Shown here: positions 26,778 to 36,637 of the stretch, piece after piece | Layout: each line of letters begins with the position of its first letter | Position numbering within the stretch: the first letter of the stretch is position 1 | IMG/VR virus record: IMGVR_UViG_3300017766_003746 | Span: 1 to 59,307 of that record | DNA length: 59,307 bases | Strand: one strand, 5' to 3' | DNA from: a virus | Lineage: Duplodnaviria; Caudoviricetes | The notes under the pieces: model-generated | Seen by the model: the letters and a program-made list of their open reading frames with translations, nothing else | Database searches by the model: none | What the model was told of the DNA's origin: nothing | Made by a program: the position numbers and the translations under genes

Positions 26778-27959
26778 ATGGCAGACGCAAACTATTCGAG
26801 CATCGGCATCATCAAGGAAACTTCGTGGGGCGTGACCCCGAACACCCCGCGCCTGAAGGCGCTTCGCATCACCGGCGAAGACCTAAAGCACGAAAAGGAA
26901 ACCATTCAAAGCCAGGAAGTGCGCGACGACCGCCAAGTGGCCGACCTGGTGGAAGTGGGCGTGCAAGCCAGTGGCGGGGTTGAATTCGAATTGAGCTACG
27001 GCAGCTTCACCGATCTGATTGCCGCGGCGCTTTTCAACGCACCCGTGGCCATCAACGTGGCAGCCGTGACGGCCGACATCGTGGCCGGTGGCACCCAAAC
27101 CATGACCGGCGCGGCCGGCGACTTCGACCACGTGCCCGTGGGCGCAACCGTGAAGGTGGCCGGGCTGACCGCTACCGCCGACAACGGCCTGAAGCTGGTC
27201 GTGGCCAAGAGCAACGACGGCAGCGCTCTGACCTTCGCCCCCAACAGCTTCAGCATCGGCGAAACCGACGCCGAAGTGACGCTGACCGGCAGCCACCTCC
27301 GCAACGGCACCACGCGCTCGAGCTTCACGCTTGAACGCCGGGTGAAGACCGCAGCGGGAACCGATTTCTTCCAAACCTTCCTCGGGCAGGTGGTTGACGC
27401 GCTGACCCTGAACTTTGAAAGCAAGGCCATCGTGACCGGCGGCTTTACCTTCCTCGGCCGTTTCGGCGACGCAAGCAACGACAGCGTCGACGCCGCGGTG
27501 GCAGCCAGTGGCTACGACCCGGCGACCACCACGCCGGTGATGAACGCCACCAACAACATCGGCACCTTCCTTTTCGACAAGACGGCCAGCGCCGAAGCCC
27601 TGAAGAGCCTGACGTTGAACATCGCCAACGGCCTGCGGGGCAAGGACGCGATGGGCACCAAAGGCAACTTCGACATCGGCGTGGGCACCTTCGAATTGAC
27701 CGGCAACCTTTCCGCCTACTTCCAGAGCAATGCGCTCTATGAGAAGTATCTTGACCACAGCGACGTGGCCCTTTCGTGGCGGGTGACCGACGCGCTCGGC
27801 AACACCATTGTTTTCACGATTCCGCGCATGAAGCTGGGGACCGGCGAACCGAAGATCGAGGGACGCAACACCGACGTGATGGTGGCCAGCGACTGGACCG
27901 CCATCCTTGACCCGGTGACCGGCGCGACCTTCATCGTCGATTTCCACCCGGCCGCATAA
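26778..27959 (+). CDS. Major tail tube protein
   Basis: ETSWGVTP..SQEVRDDRQ..GGVEFELS..SFTLE..TGNLSAYF. Confidence 0.85.
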   Translation: MADANYSSIGIIKETSWGVTPNTPRLKALRITGEDLKHEKETIQSQEVRDDRQVADLVEVGVQASGGVEFELSYGSFTDLIAAALFNAPVAINVAAVTADIVAGGTQTMTGAAGDFDHVPVGATVKVAGLTATADNGLKLVVAKSNDGSALTFAPNSFSIGETDAEVTLTGSHLRNGTTRSSFTLERRVKTAAGTDFFQTFLGQVVDALTLNFESKAIVTGGFTFLGRFGDASNDSVDAAVAASGYDPATTTPVMNATNNIGTFLFDKTASAEALKSLTLNIANGLRGKDAMGTKGNFDIGVGTFELTGNLSAYFQSNALYEKYLDHSDVALSWRVTDALGNTIVFTIPRMKLGTGEPKIEGRNTDVMVASDWTAILDPVTGATFIVDFHPAA

Positions 27960-27974
27960 CCCAGCGCCAGGCCA

Positions 27975-27990
27975 TGCGCAAATTTTCGCA
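27975..27990 (+). repeat. Palindrome A copy 9, C variant
   Basis: TGCGCAAATTTTCGCA. Confidence 0.93.
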
Positions 27991-28020
27991 CCCCGTGGTT
28001 GACGGCCACGGGGTGCTTTT
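27988..28020 (+). terminator. Intrinsic terminator after the tail tube gene
   Basis: GCACCCCGTGG/CCACGGGGTGC followed by TTTT. Confidence 0.75.
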
Positions 28021-28050
28021 GTGAGAACACCAACCAACCCCAAAACACCG

Positions 28051-28443
28051 ATGGACCTGCAATCATTCAAGACCGACCCGAGCAAGCAAGATGGAACGTG
28101 GATCGAATACGGCGACGCCCGATTTCTGATCGCAAGCGCCCATTCCCCAGCCTACAAAAAGGCGCTTCGTGCCCGGGTTTCGAAGATCCCAGCGCACCTG
28201 CTGAAGAGCCAGCCGCAGCTTGCCGAAAAGGCCGCAGCCGACGTCATGGCCACGCACGTGCTGCTTGACTGGGAAGGCGTGACCGAAAACGGGAAACCGC
28301 TTGAACCCACCCCCGAGGCCCGCCGCGCCGCGCTGGACATTCCAGCCTTCAGCGACTGGGTGGCAGAGCAGGCGATGAACATCGCGAACTTCCAAGCCGA
28401 GGGCGAAGCCGACGACGCGGCAGCCTTGAAAAGCGACGCTTGA
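28051..28443 (+). CDS. Tail assembly chaperone (G-like)
   Basis: G.W..F.IA..VLLDWEGV; lies between tube and tape measure genes. Confidence 0.8.
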   Translation: MDLQSFKTDPSKQDGTWIEYGDARFLIASAHSPAYKKALRARVSKIPAHLLKSQPQLAEKAAADVMATHVLLDWEGVTENGKPLEPTPEARRAALDIPAFSDWVAEQAMNIANFQAEGEADDAAALKSDA

Positions 28444-28771
28444 GTGGGAACTCAAGTGGGGGGATTCCGAAGACTACCTTTGGACCGTTTACGAAGCCAG
28501 CGGGGTGCTGCCCGGCCCGCTGGAATCACGGCCGCCGCCCCTTCCCGAGCACCTGCAAGAGATTCTGGCGGCCTTTTGGCTGCTGACTGAAAGCAGGCCC
28601 GTGGGATGGGGCAGCGCCAGCGGAATCACGGCCGTGGACGTGCTGGCGGTGGCCGCCGCGTGGGGTTTCGAGCCAACCCGGTTTTTGGCTGTCATTCGCG
28701 AGTTGGATCGCGTATTTCTCGCGCACCTTCAGGAAGCTGCGAAGAAAGCCAGCAAGAACGGGGGAAAATGA
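28430..28771 (+). CDS. Tail assembly chaperone extension (T-like), probably reached by frameshift
   Basis: Frame open from 28430 with no ATG; AFWLLTESRP.G..I.ELDRVFL pattern. Confidence 0.65.
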   Translation, partial: KATLEWELKWGDSEDYLWTVYEASGVLPGPLESRPPPLPEHLQEILAAFWLLTESRPVGWGSASGITAVDVLAVAAAWGFEPTRFLAVIRELDRVFLAHLQEAAKKASKNGGK

Positions 28772-28783
28772 AGCACCACCACC

Positions 28784-31402
28784 ATGGCCGACATCCGCAC
28801 CATTGGCATCAAGTTTGACCCCGCCCCGGCAAAGCAGGGCGCGGCCGAAGCGAAAAAGGCCGTGCACGACATGGCCACCAGCGTCGACCGCGACCTGCAA
28901 AAAGTGGACGCCGCGGGGAAACAGACCGGCACCGCGATCAAGCAGGCCGGTGACAAGATCGAAGCCGCCGCCAAGGGCGCGGAACATGCCGTGGACCGCC
29001 TCGGCCGCAACGGTGGCATGGCGCGGATGGCAGCCGGTGCCCGCACCAGCGCCGGGCAGGTTTCCAACGGCGTGATTGACATGCTGGACACCTTCGGCCT
29101 GCTGGATTCCCGCATGGGCATGATGGTGCGCCGCGTGCAAAGCGGCATCAACAGCGTGGCCAACCTTCGGGGAGTTTTCGCCGCCGCCAGGCCTGCGATG
29201 GCAGGGACCGCCGCCACGGCCACCAGCGCGGGCGCTGCCATGGCGGAAGCCGGGGCGGGTGCTGCCACCATGGCCGGGGGCGTGGGAGCCGCGTCGGCGG
29301 GCATGGGGGCGCTTGGCACGGCCGCCGCGGTGGCACTGCCGATCATCATCGCGCTGGCCGCTGCGCTGGCTGGTGTGGCCGCAGTGGGCGCGGTGTTCGC
29401 TGCGCTGAAAGCCGGGATCCCGAAAGCCGCCGCATTCGAAGAGGCGGAAACCGGCATGGCGGTGCTGCTTGGAAGCTTCGACAAGGCGGCCGAGAAAATG
29501 GACGCCATCAAGAAATTTGCGGGCGCAACGCCATTCGAGAGCGCCGAAATGATTCAGGGAGCCCGCTACCTCGAGGTCTTCACCCAAGGCCTGCTGAACA
29601 ATGAAAAGGGCTGGACGCTGGTCGGCGACGCCGCGGCAGCCGCACAGCGCGACTTCGGCGAAGTGGCCATGTGGGTGGGCCGCACCTACGCCGCGCTCAA
29701 AGGTGGCCAGCCCATTGGCGAAGCCACCATGCGCCTGATGGAAATGGGCCTGATCACCCCGCAGGTGAAAGGTGCCATGGACAAGCTGGCCGAGAGCAGC
29801 AACGAAGGCGGGAAGAACTTCGCGCAAATTTGGGGCATCGCCGAAACCAGCCTGAAGCGGTTCACCGGCACCATGGCGCTGCAAAGCCAGACGTGGAACG
29901 GGCTGATGAGCAGCCTCCGCGACAACTGGAATCTGGCGCTTGCGGGATTCGCCGCGCCGGTGATGGACGCGCTCAAGCCCGCACTGGCTCAACTGGTGCA
30001 AATGGTGGCTGGGCTGATCCCCTACGCACAAGCATTCGGCCAGGCGCTGGCCGACGGCGTGACGGCCACCATTCAGATTTTCCGCAGCGGGCAGATTGCC
30101 GAGGCCCTGAAGCTGGGGCTGCTGGCGGCGTGGGAATTCGGCCGGGCCAACTTCGTCACCATGATGCTGCTGGCCTTCGAATTCGTGCTGAACCGACTGG
30201 TCGAAGGGCTGGTGAACGCCATCACGCTGCCGGTGCGCTTGTTTGCCAGCCTTTTCGGGTTGGCGGTGGACTTCGTGGGCAAGCTGCTGGAAGGCGACCT
30301 TTCCGGGGCCATGGAGACGGTCACCAAGTATTTCGGCGACCTCGGGGTTTCCGCCGTGAAGATGATGGCGGCCATGATTTACAACGCGCTCGGCAAGGCC
30401 TTCGTCGACGTGGTGAACGTGTTCCGCAACGCCATTTATGGGGTGTTGCAAAAGGCGGGCGACATCGCCAGCACCGTGCTGGTGAAAGCCGGGAAAGACC
30501 CGCTGGCCCCGATTGTGGCACCCGCGCCGGTGACATTCACGCCCATCGATACGAGCTTTGGCGCGATTCGCAAGGCGGCCAACAACAGCGTGGGCACCGG
30601 TGCCCGCGACGACTTCAGCGCGTTCATGGACAAGATGATCGCCGACGCAAAGGCCAGCCAACCGCCGAAGCCCGAGCTGCCGGCCGCGCCCACCATGGGC
30701 ACGGAAAACCTGCTGGGTGATGGCAAGGACAAGGGATCGTCCGGGGCCGAGAAAGCCGCCAAGGCCGTGAAAGAGCAGCAAACCGAAGTGCAACGCCTGA
30801 TGCAAGACTGGGGCGACCTCGGCAAGCAGATTGACCAAGTGGCGGCCGGATCGATTCAGGCGATTGCCGGGGGAATGACCGACGCGCTGACCGGCCTGAT
30901 CATGGGCACGAAGAGCGCCAAGCAGGCCTTCCAAGAAATGGCCACCAGCATCGTTTCGGACATCATCCGCATGATTCTGCAAATGCAGATTCAGCTTGCC
31001 CTTGCCGCGGCGCTGCGGGCCATGGGAGTGGCCGCCCCGGGCGTGGCGCACAGCGGTGGCACCGTGGGAGCCACGAACCTTTCGACGACCGGCACGCGCA
31101 CGGTGCTGCCGACCTACCACACCGGCGGGATGGCCACCAGCGAACAAACGGTGAAGGTGGAACGCGGCGAAAGCATCCTGACCCGGAAGCGGGCCAAAGA
31201 ACTGGAAATGGAGCTGGCAGCCCAACGCGGCGACCGCCAGCAAGGCCAGCGCCAAGGCAACGGCGAAGCCACCATCATCAACGTGTTCGACCGCAACGAA
31301 ATTGCCGACGCCGTGGTGGCCCGCCCCGACGCCGTGGTGAACGCCATCAGCCGCAGCTTGCCCGCCGTGCGGAAAATGATCATGAGTGGCAACCGCCTAT
31401 GA
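28784..31402 (+). CDS. Tail tape measure protein
   Basis: 872 aa, Ala-rich helical; FAGATPFE..QSQTWNGLMSSLRDN tape-measure motif. Confidence 0.9.
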   Translation: MADIRTIGIKFDPAPAKQGAAEAKKAVHDMATSVDRDLQKVDAAGKQTGTAIKQAGDKIEAAAKGAEHAVDRLGRNGGMARMAAGARTSAGQVSNGVIDMLDTFGLLDSRMGMMVRRVQSGINSVANLRGVFAAARPAMAGTAATATSAGAAMAEAGAGAATMAGGVGAASAGMGALGTAAAVALPIIIALAAALAGVAAVGAVFAALKAGIPKAAAFEEAETGMAVLLGSFDKAAEKMDAIKKFAGATPFESAEMIQGARYLEVFTQGLLNNEKGWTLVGDAAAAAQRDFGEVAMWVGRTYAALKGGQPIGEATMRLMEMGLITPQVKGAMDKLAESSNEGGKNFAQIWGIAETSLKRFTGTMALQSQTWNGLMSSLRDNWNLALAGFAAPVMDALKPALAQLVQMVAGLIPYAQAFGQALADGVTATIQIFRSGQIAEALKLGLLAAWEFGRANFVTMMLLAFEFVLNRLVEGLVNAITLPVRLFASLFGLAVDFVGKLLEGDLSGAMETVTKYFGDLGVSAVKMMAAMIYNALGKAFVDVVNVFRNAIYGVLQKAGDIASTVLVKAGKDPLAPIVAPAPVTFTPIDTSFGAIRKAANNSVGTGARDDFSAFMDKMIADAKASQPPKPELPAAPTMGTENLLGDGKDKGSSGAEKAAKAVKEQQTEVQRLMQDWGDLGKQIDQVAAGSIQAIAGGMTDALTGLIMGTKSAKQAFQEMATSIVSDIIRMILQMQIQLALAAALRAMGVAAPGVAHSGGTVGATNLSTTGTRTVLPTYHTGGMATSEQTVKVERGESILTRKRAKELEMELAAQRGDRQQGQRQGNGEATIINVFDRNEIADAVVARPDAVVNAISRSLPAVRKMIMSGNRL

Positions 31403-31971
31403 GCACGACGACCACCAACACCGCGCCCGAGCTGCTGGCCATCATGCCCGATTGGCAAGCCGGGGTGAAGCAGCGCACGGCCTACCGCACCGAAGTGGTG
31501 CGAAGCCGCAGCGGACTCGAGCAACGCACCCAGCACCGCCGCCGCCCGATTCTGGCCATGGAATACGTGGCGGCCGGGATCCACGATGCCGCGGCACGCA
31601 AGCGGCTGGAAGGTGTGGTGGCGCAATCGCGCAAACCCCTGCTGGTGCCGTGGTGGCCGAATGGTGCCAGGCTATTTCAGGACATGACCACCGAAACGTC
31701 GGCGCTGCTTGGCACCAACCCGATTGCCGACGACTGGGACCGCGACGGCTGGGTTTTCTTGTGGGATCGCAACACCGGGCAGGAATTCAGGCAACTGGCC
31801 AGCCGCGACGGCCGCACGCTGAACCTGACCGACACCGGCAGCCACCTGCTTTTCCCCGCCGGTGCCTTCGTGTTTCCGGTGCGCCTCGCCATCCGTGAAA
31901 AAAGCGACGCCGTGCTGAACCCCAACCGCCACCGCACCAACCCCGAAAGCCTGAGTTTCCGCACCCTATGA
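31399..31971 (+). CDS. Distal tail-type protein
   Basis: PDW..Y.TEV..SRSG.EQR..RRRP; follows the tape measure gene. Confidence 0.6.
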   Translation: MSTTTTNTAPELLAIMPDWQAGVKQRTAYRTEVVRSRSGLEQRTQHRRRPILAMEYVAAGIHDAAARKRLEGVVAQSRKPLLVPWWPNGARLFQDMTTETSALLGTNPIADDWDRDGWVFLWDRNTGQEFRQLASRDGRTLNLTDTGSHLLFPAGAFVFPVRLAIREKSDAVLNPNRHRTNPESLSFRTL

Positions 31972-33596
31972 GCTTGATTGCCTACGAAGTGCTCACTTTC
32001 CAGCCGGACTTCAGCGAAGTGCCGCAGCTTGGGATTGAAGACGACCGCGACGTCGTGCAAAGCCCCGGCGGCCGGGCATTCGTGGCGTGGGCGGATCGCA
32101 CCGACCGCGTGGCGCGTTTCGCCTTCCAGACCAAAACCGCCGAAGAATGGCGGATCCTGCGGGAATTCTTCGACCGCATCGGGGGCCGTGCCGCCGCGTT
32201 TTACCTGCCGAGCTGGCAGCACGATTTCGAGCTGGCGGCCAATGCCGCGGCGGGATCCTCACAACTGCGGCTGGCGGGCCACTGGTTTGCCGACAACGTG
32301 ACCGAAAACCGGCCCGACACGCTGGGGCGGGTGATTTTCGCGCTGAACCACCTCGGGCAGTTTTCCACGCACCTGGTGGCCAGCTTTGGCGAAGACGGGG
32401 CCGACGACGTGGTGGCATTGCTGGATCCGATCACCAACCCAATGGAAGCGGGCCGCACGATGGTGGGTTTCTGTTACCTTGCCAGGCTGACCGAAGATAC
32501 CATCGAAAGCGAGCATTTAAGCCCGGATCATGCACGAATGATTCTTGGCTTCAGGAACGTGACCCAAACCCGCCGGGTCAACCAAACCGAAAGCGCCGAA
32601 GGTTCAGTGGTGGGTAATATGAACCGAAACGAAGACGTCCGCGCCACGGATGAAGACCCGATTTACACTGACCCATCGGTGAGTTCAGCCATTGGACCGT
32701 TTCAATATGGCGTGCCACAGGGCGACAATTACCAATCCGAATGGACAGCCTCTCTTAACAGGATCGACAACACGGTGACGCTTCGTGGCACCGCTTACGA
32801 TGCCCCGGAACTGCTTTACAACGCACCAGCGCCAGCGGATCAGATAGCCCTGACCTTTGATGCCGGTGGCCGTGAAATTCTTGCTTGGGATCGGAATGGA
32901 AAGGTGACCGTCGCATGGTTTGGCCCCACCCCGACTTACAAGACTTTCGACGGATTCAGCCCCGTAGCTTACAACACCTATGCCATCGACAGCACCGTTG
33001 ATGCGGGAACTGCGACCATTGCCGTCTTCTATTTGAGAGAGAAAGACGCGACGATTTACTGCCGAATCGCCAGCGAAAATTTCACCATTGAGCACAGATA
33101 CTGCAAAAGCCCATTGGCTCCCCTTTATTTGCACGCGGCGCGCCGCAGAAATGGGCAGCTTCAAATTGTTGGGATCGATACCGGGCACCGGTTGGCCATT
33201 TGGCGAAGCCAAACCTATGTTACGCCGCTGGAAATTCAGGCCTTGTCCGTAAACGTGGGTGACGTTGAAGGCTTATACTACCCCATCGCTGTGGACGTGC
33301 CAATTCCAGACGAGATTGCCACAACGACCATTGTTTCTGGCAGCATCGAGTTTGCTGAAATTCGGGTTGTTGGAACGATTCCCGACGATTCAGGGACTAC
33401 TTCGCTGATTCCTTCCATTTCCGGCGACTATGTTCTGGCCCGAATTACAGGCGAGATTCCTGACGATTCCGGGACCGTGTCCTTGACCGCAAATGCCAGC
33501 CTGCTTTATGCCTTGACGGCCATCAGGCCGGGAGATGCAGAGGAAGATTCTGGAACCGTTTCCATCCAACCAATAACAGGAACCTACAGCACATGA
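31968..33596 (+). CDS. Tail/baseplate protein with lower-GC C-terminal half
   Basis: FFDRIGGRAAAFYLPSW; C-terminal IPDDSGT repeats. Confidence 0.65.
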   Translation: MSLIAYEVLTFQPDFSEVPQLGIEDDRDVVQSPGGRAFVAWADRTDRVARFAFQTKTAEEWRILREFFDRIGGRAAAFYLPSWQHDFELAANAAAGSSQLRLAGHWFADNVTENRPDTLGRVIFALNHLGQFSTHLVASFGEDGADDVVALLDPITNPMEAGRTMVGFCYLARLTEDTIESEHLSPDHARMILGFRNVTQTRRVNQTESAEGSVVGNMNRNEDVRATDEDPIYTDPSVSSAIGPFQYGVPQGDNYQSEWTASLNRIDNTVTLRGTAYDAPELLYNAPAPADQIALTFDAGGREILAWDRNGKVTVAWFGPTPTYKTFDGFSPVAYNTYAIDSTVDAGTATIAVFYLREKDATIYCRIASENFTIEHRYCKSPLAPLYLHAARRRNGQLQIVGIDTGHRLAIWRSQTYVTPLEIQALSVNVGDVEGLYYPIAVDVPIPDEIATTTIVSGSIEFAEIRVVGTIPDDSGTTSLIPSISGDYVLARITGEIPDDSGTVSLTANASLLYALTAIRPGDAEEDSGTVSIQPITGTYST

Positions 33597-35230
33597 GAAA
33601 GCACCCCAAAAGCCTTACTGGAACCATTGAGGCAAAGGCATCGGCCCAAGGATTCTACAGTTACCGCGTGATGAATAGCGATGGCTCCCCCGCATGCGAT
33701 TGGATTCAACAAAAAAACCTTCTTCTGCCAGCAGGATTAGCGGCGAGCCCAAGTTTTTGGGCGTCATTGCTTGGAGCTTGTCATGCCGGGACCGGTGCAA
33801 CGGCCAATTCTGCGGCGTTGGACGGGACTTTTTCGCAGACTGGATCCACCGTTACGCGCACCGGAGGGGCGGGAACTTTTGTAAGCGGAAACGTTGGAGA
33901 TTTCATCAAATTTGCTTCGGGGGAACGCGCAAGGATTGTGACGTTCACCAACAGCGTCACGGTTCAGGTGGACAGAAGCCAGGAAGTGGCATCGGCAGCG
34001 ATTACCGTTTACGATTGCTCGAGGCTTTACCTTGACACGTGGGTCAAAGCAACCACGACCACTGACGCAACTGCTGGCTTCAATGGTAATTCATACACCA
34101 CTGAAACCGGCACTTTCAGGGTTTGGAAGACCTTCAACCAATCGGCAGAGACGGTTTCAAGAACCTACACGGAAATAGGGATTTCGCCTTCTACCGGAGG
34201 CACTTCCACGACCACGCTTTTAAGTAGGCTGCTTTTGGAATCACCAGTGAACGTGCTGCCTGACCAATTCCTTCAGGTGCGCTTCGATTTGGTGGTCAAT
34301 ACTGGAAACTACAGGACTTCAGCCGCTATACCGTTGACCATCACCGGTTGGCCTTACCCATACCAAATCCAGAGCATTACCAGCAACGGGACTTACTGGG
34401 ATGTTGTGGTGGGTGCTGCCTGCAGTAGCCACTACGCGGTGGGCCGCCCAATTATTATTTCCGGAGCCTTGCCCGCTTCAACCGTAATTTCGAGCATTTC
34501 GAGCACCAGCACGGAATTCACGGTGAACAGCACGGGACACGGCAAAAGCATTGGCGACACCGTCGTGATCGCGTCTTCAAGCCAAGCCGGATACAACGGA
34601 ACATGGGTGGTTGCAACCGTTCCAAACGCCAACAGCTTCACCGTTACAAGCGCCATCAATCTTGGGGCTGCCACTGGTGGCACCGTGCGGCTTGCAACCC
34701 CTGCAACCTGGTATAACGGAACCCACACTATTGCCAGCTTCCCAAACAGCACCACGATTCGGATCACAAATTCCAATTCGATTGCCGCGGCCGGCTTGGC
34801 CGGGACCGTGACCAATTCGGTGGCGGCACAGGCCATCATTGTTGGCCAAAGTTGCACTGCCGGGCAGCCCTCAATCCTTGATTTTGCTACAGGAGGAACG
34901 GCAATACAAAACAAGGCCACGGTCGCCGTGATTGCTGAAGCCAACCTGATGACGGGCTTGGTGCATGGAACCTCACCATCCGCGCCAACCAATGTTGGCA
35001 CAGCCGCAGGAACAACCGGAGCTTATGACGCAAATTTGCTTGAACAGGAAATGGTGATGACTTTGGCGACATCGGCGGCCAACAACCAGACCATCCGGCA
35101 ACTTGCCATCGGCAATTTTTCGCAGCCAACAGGCAAGCTGATTATTACGTTTGATGAGCGCCAGCGAAAGGACAATGGATACATTTTGACCTTGAAATAC
35201 AAGATCAAGTGGGAACCCGATTTGAACTGA
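33593..35230 (+). CDS. Putative receptor-binding / tail fibre protein
   Basis: T/S/G-rich with repeated beta modules (HG..GDTV.I..YNGTW.V..NSFT); lower GC. Confidence 0.6.
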   Translation: MRKHPKSLTGTIEAKASAQGFYSYRVMNSDGSPACDWIQQKNLLLPAGLAASPSFWASLLGACHAGTGATANSAALDGTFSQTGSTVTRTGGAGTFVSGNVGDFIKFASGERARIVTFTNSVTVQVDRSQEVASAAITVYDCSRLYLDTWVKATTTTDATAGFNGNSYTTETGTFRVWKTFNQSAETVSRTYTEIGISPSTGGTSTTTLLSRLLLESPVNVLPDQFLQVRFDLVVNTGNYRTSAAIPLTITGWPYPYQIQSITSNGTYWDVVVGAACSSHYAVGRPIIISGALPASTVISSISSTSTEFTVNSTGHGKSIGDTVVIASSSQAGYNGTWVVATVPNANSFTVTSAINLGAATGGTVRLATPATWYNGTHTIASFPNSTTIRITNSNSIAAAGLAGTVTNSVAAQAIIVGQSCTAGQPSILDFATGGTAIQNKATVAVIAEANLMTGLVHGTSPSAPTNVGTAAGTTGAYDANLLEQEMVMTLATSAANNQTIRQLAIGNFSQPTGKLIITFDERQRKDNGYILTLKYKIKWEPDLN

Positions 35231-35234
35231 TGCC

Positions 35235-36137
35235 ATGCCGGATCCCAACACACTGGTGGGCGACGACAGCCGCCCGAACACCCGGCCGATTTATTGCTAC
35301 ATCGTCCAGCAACTGGACGTGACCGACGCGCCGCCGCTTTTCCTTACGCAATACGACGGGGAAGTGACCATCGGCAACCTGCCCGATGCCTACGGGGCCG
35401 ACAGCCCGCAGATTTTCACGCCGGTGAACATCGGGCACGGTGCCATCACGCGGGAAGGAAGCTTCGATAAGACCACCTTCGAAATTCGGGCGCTGACCGA
35501 AGACATGGCCGGGCTTTCGCGCTACGCGCTGACCGGTGCGGTCCCGCGGGTGCAAGTGGACGTGGTGAAGGTGAACCCCGGGCCGGTGATCGCCGGGGAA
35601 ACGGCCGGGTGGAACAACGACTGCATCGTGGTGCAAAGCGGGCTGATGAGCAGCTTTGGGTTTCAGGGCTTCACCGTGGTTGTGGAATGCGTGCCGCCGC
35701 CGCTTTTCAGTGGCCACGAAGTGCCGCGCTGCCGATTCACTCGCACGTGCAACCACGTGCTCTATGGCCCCGCGTGCCGCGTGGACCCCGGCGACTACGA
35801 GCTGGCGACCAACATCCTCGAGCTTCAGCCAGGGCAACGCAAAGTGACGCTTCAGCGAACCCACCCGGAAGACCCAGGCAACTACTTCAGGCAAGGGGTG
35901 GCCCTTCACCAGCCCACCGGCCTGCGGTTGGCAATTTTCAAAAGTGAAATCGTGGGCGGAAACACCGTGCTGAAGCTTCACCAGTGGAATCCCGACATGG
36001 AAGTGGGCGACGTCGTTGTGGCGCGGGCCGGGTGCAAGCACACCTTCGCCGAGTGCAAGGCGAAATTCGACAACGCCAAAAACTTCGGTGGATTCAGCAC
36101 GGTCCCGAACAAAAACCCCACCGTGCACGGCATCTGA
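35235..36137 (+). CDS. Baseplate hub protein, DUF2163/BR0599 (GTA-like) family
   Basis: C.H.LY.P.C and GCKHTFAECKAKFDNAKNFGGF. Confidence 0.85.
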   Translation: MPDPNTLVGDDSRPNTRPIYCYIVQQLDVTDAPPLFLTQYDGEVTIGNLPDAYGADSPQIFTPVNIGHGAITREGSFDKTTFEIRALTEDMAGLSRYALTGAVPRVQVDVVKVNPGPVIAGETAGWNNDCIVVQSGLMSSFGFQGFTVVVECVPPPLFSGHEVPRCRFTRTCNHVLYGPACRVDPGDYELATNILELQPGQRKVTLQRTHPEDPGNYFRQGVALHQPTGLRLAIFKSEIVGGNTVLKLHQWNPDMEVGDVVVARAGCKHTFAECKAKFDNAKNFGGFSTVPNKNPTVHGI

Positions 36138-36637
36138 TGGACCCATGCGCAAATTTTCGCACGTTGTGGACTCCCGAGGCTGAAGCCGCGGCGGTGGCCT
36201 GCTGCGAGTCCTTCAGGGGAACCCGCCACATGCAACGCCGGGCGATTCCCGGCCGGGGTGTGGATTGTGTGCAATTCGTGGTGGCAGTGGCTCAAGCCGC
36301 CGGGATCCTGCCAGAATTCCGCTGGCCGCAATACCGGCAAGACATCGGTTTTCACCTGAACCGAAACCAGCTTGGCGACCTGATGCGGGCGGTTTTCGTG
36401 GCCGAGCTGGTGGACCTCGAGACATGGGAGCCAGCGACCGGCGACGTCGGGATTTTCCGGTGTGGCCGCACCAGCAACCATTGCGGCATTGTCGTGGCTG
36501 GCCGTTTCTGGCACGTGACCACCACGGCACCGGTGCACGACACCGCCATCAGGGCCGTGCGCGGCAGCTTGCAAGAGGTGGTGCGCTTTACCGGGGCAGG
36601 CCTGCGGGCGGATCCCCAGCAACTGAAAACGACATGA
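36137..36637 (+). CDS. NlpC/P60 tail-associated peptidase
   Basis: GVDCVQFV catalytic Cys and NHCGIV His. Confidence 0.85.
   Translation: MDPCANFRTLWTPEAEAAAVACCESFRGTRHMQRRAIPGRGVDCVQFVVAVAQAAGILPEFRWPQYRQDIGFHLNRNQLGDLMRAVFVAELVDLETWEPATGDVGIFRCGRTSNHCGIVVAGRFWHVTTTAPVHDTAIRAVRGSLQEVVRFTGAGLRADPQQLKTT
36146..36161 (+). repeat. Palindrome A copy 10, C variant (NlpC N-terminal codons)
   Basis: TGCGCAAATTTTCGCA. Confidence 0.93.

Noticed and set aside
27999-28004. TTGACG 8 bp after palindrome A copy 9 as a promoter -35
   Set aside because: It lies in the loop of a clear terminator hairpin and has no convincing -10
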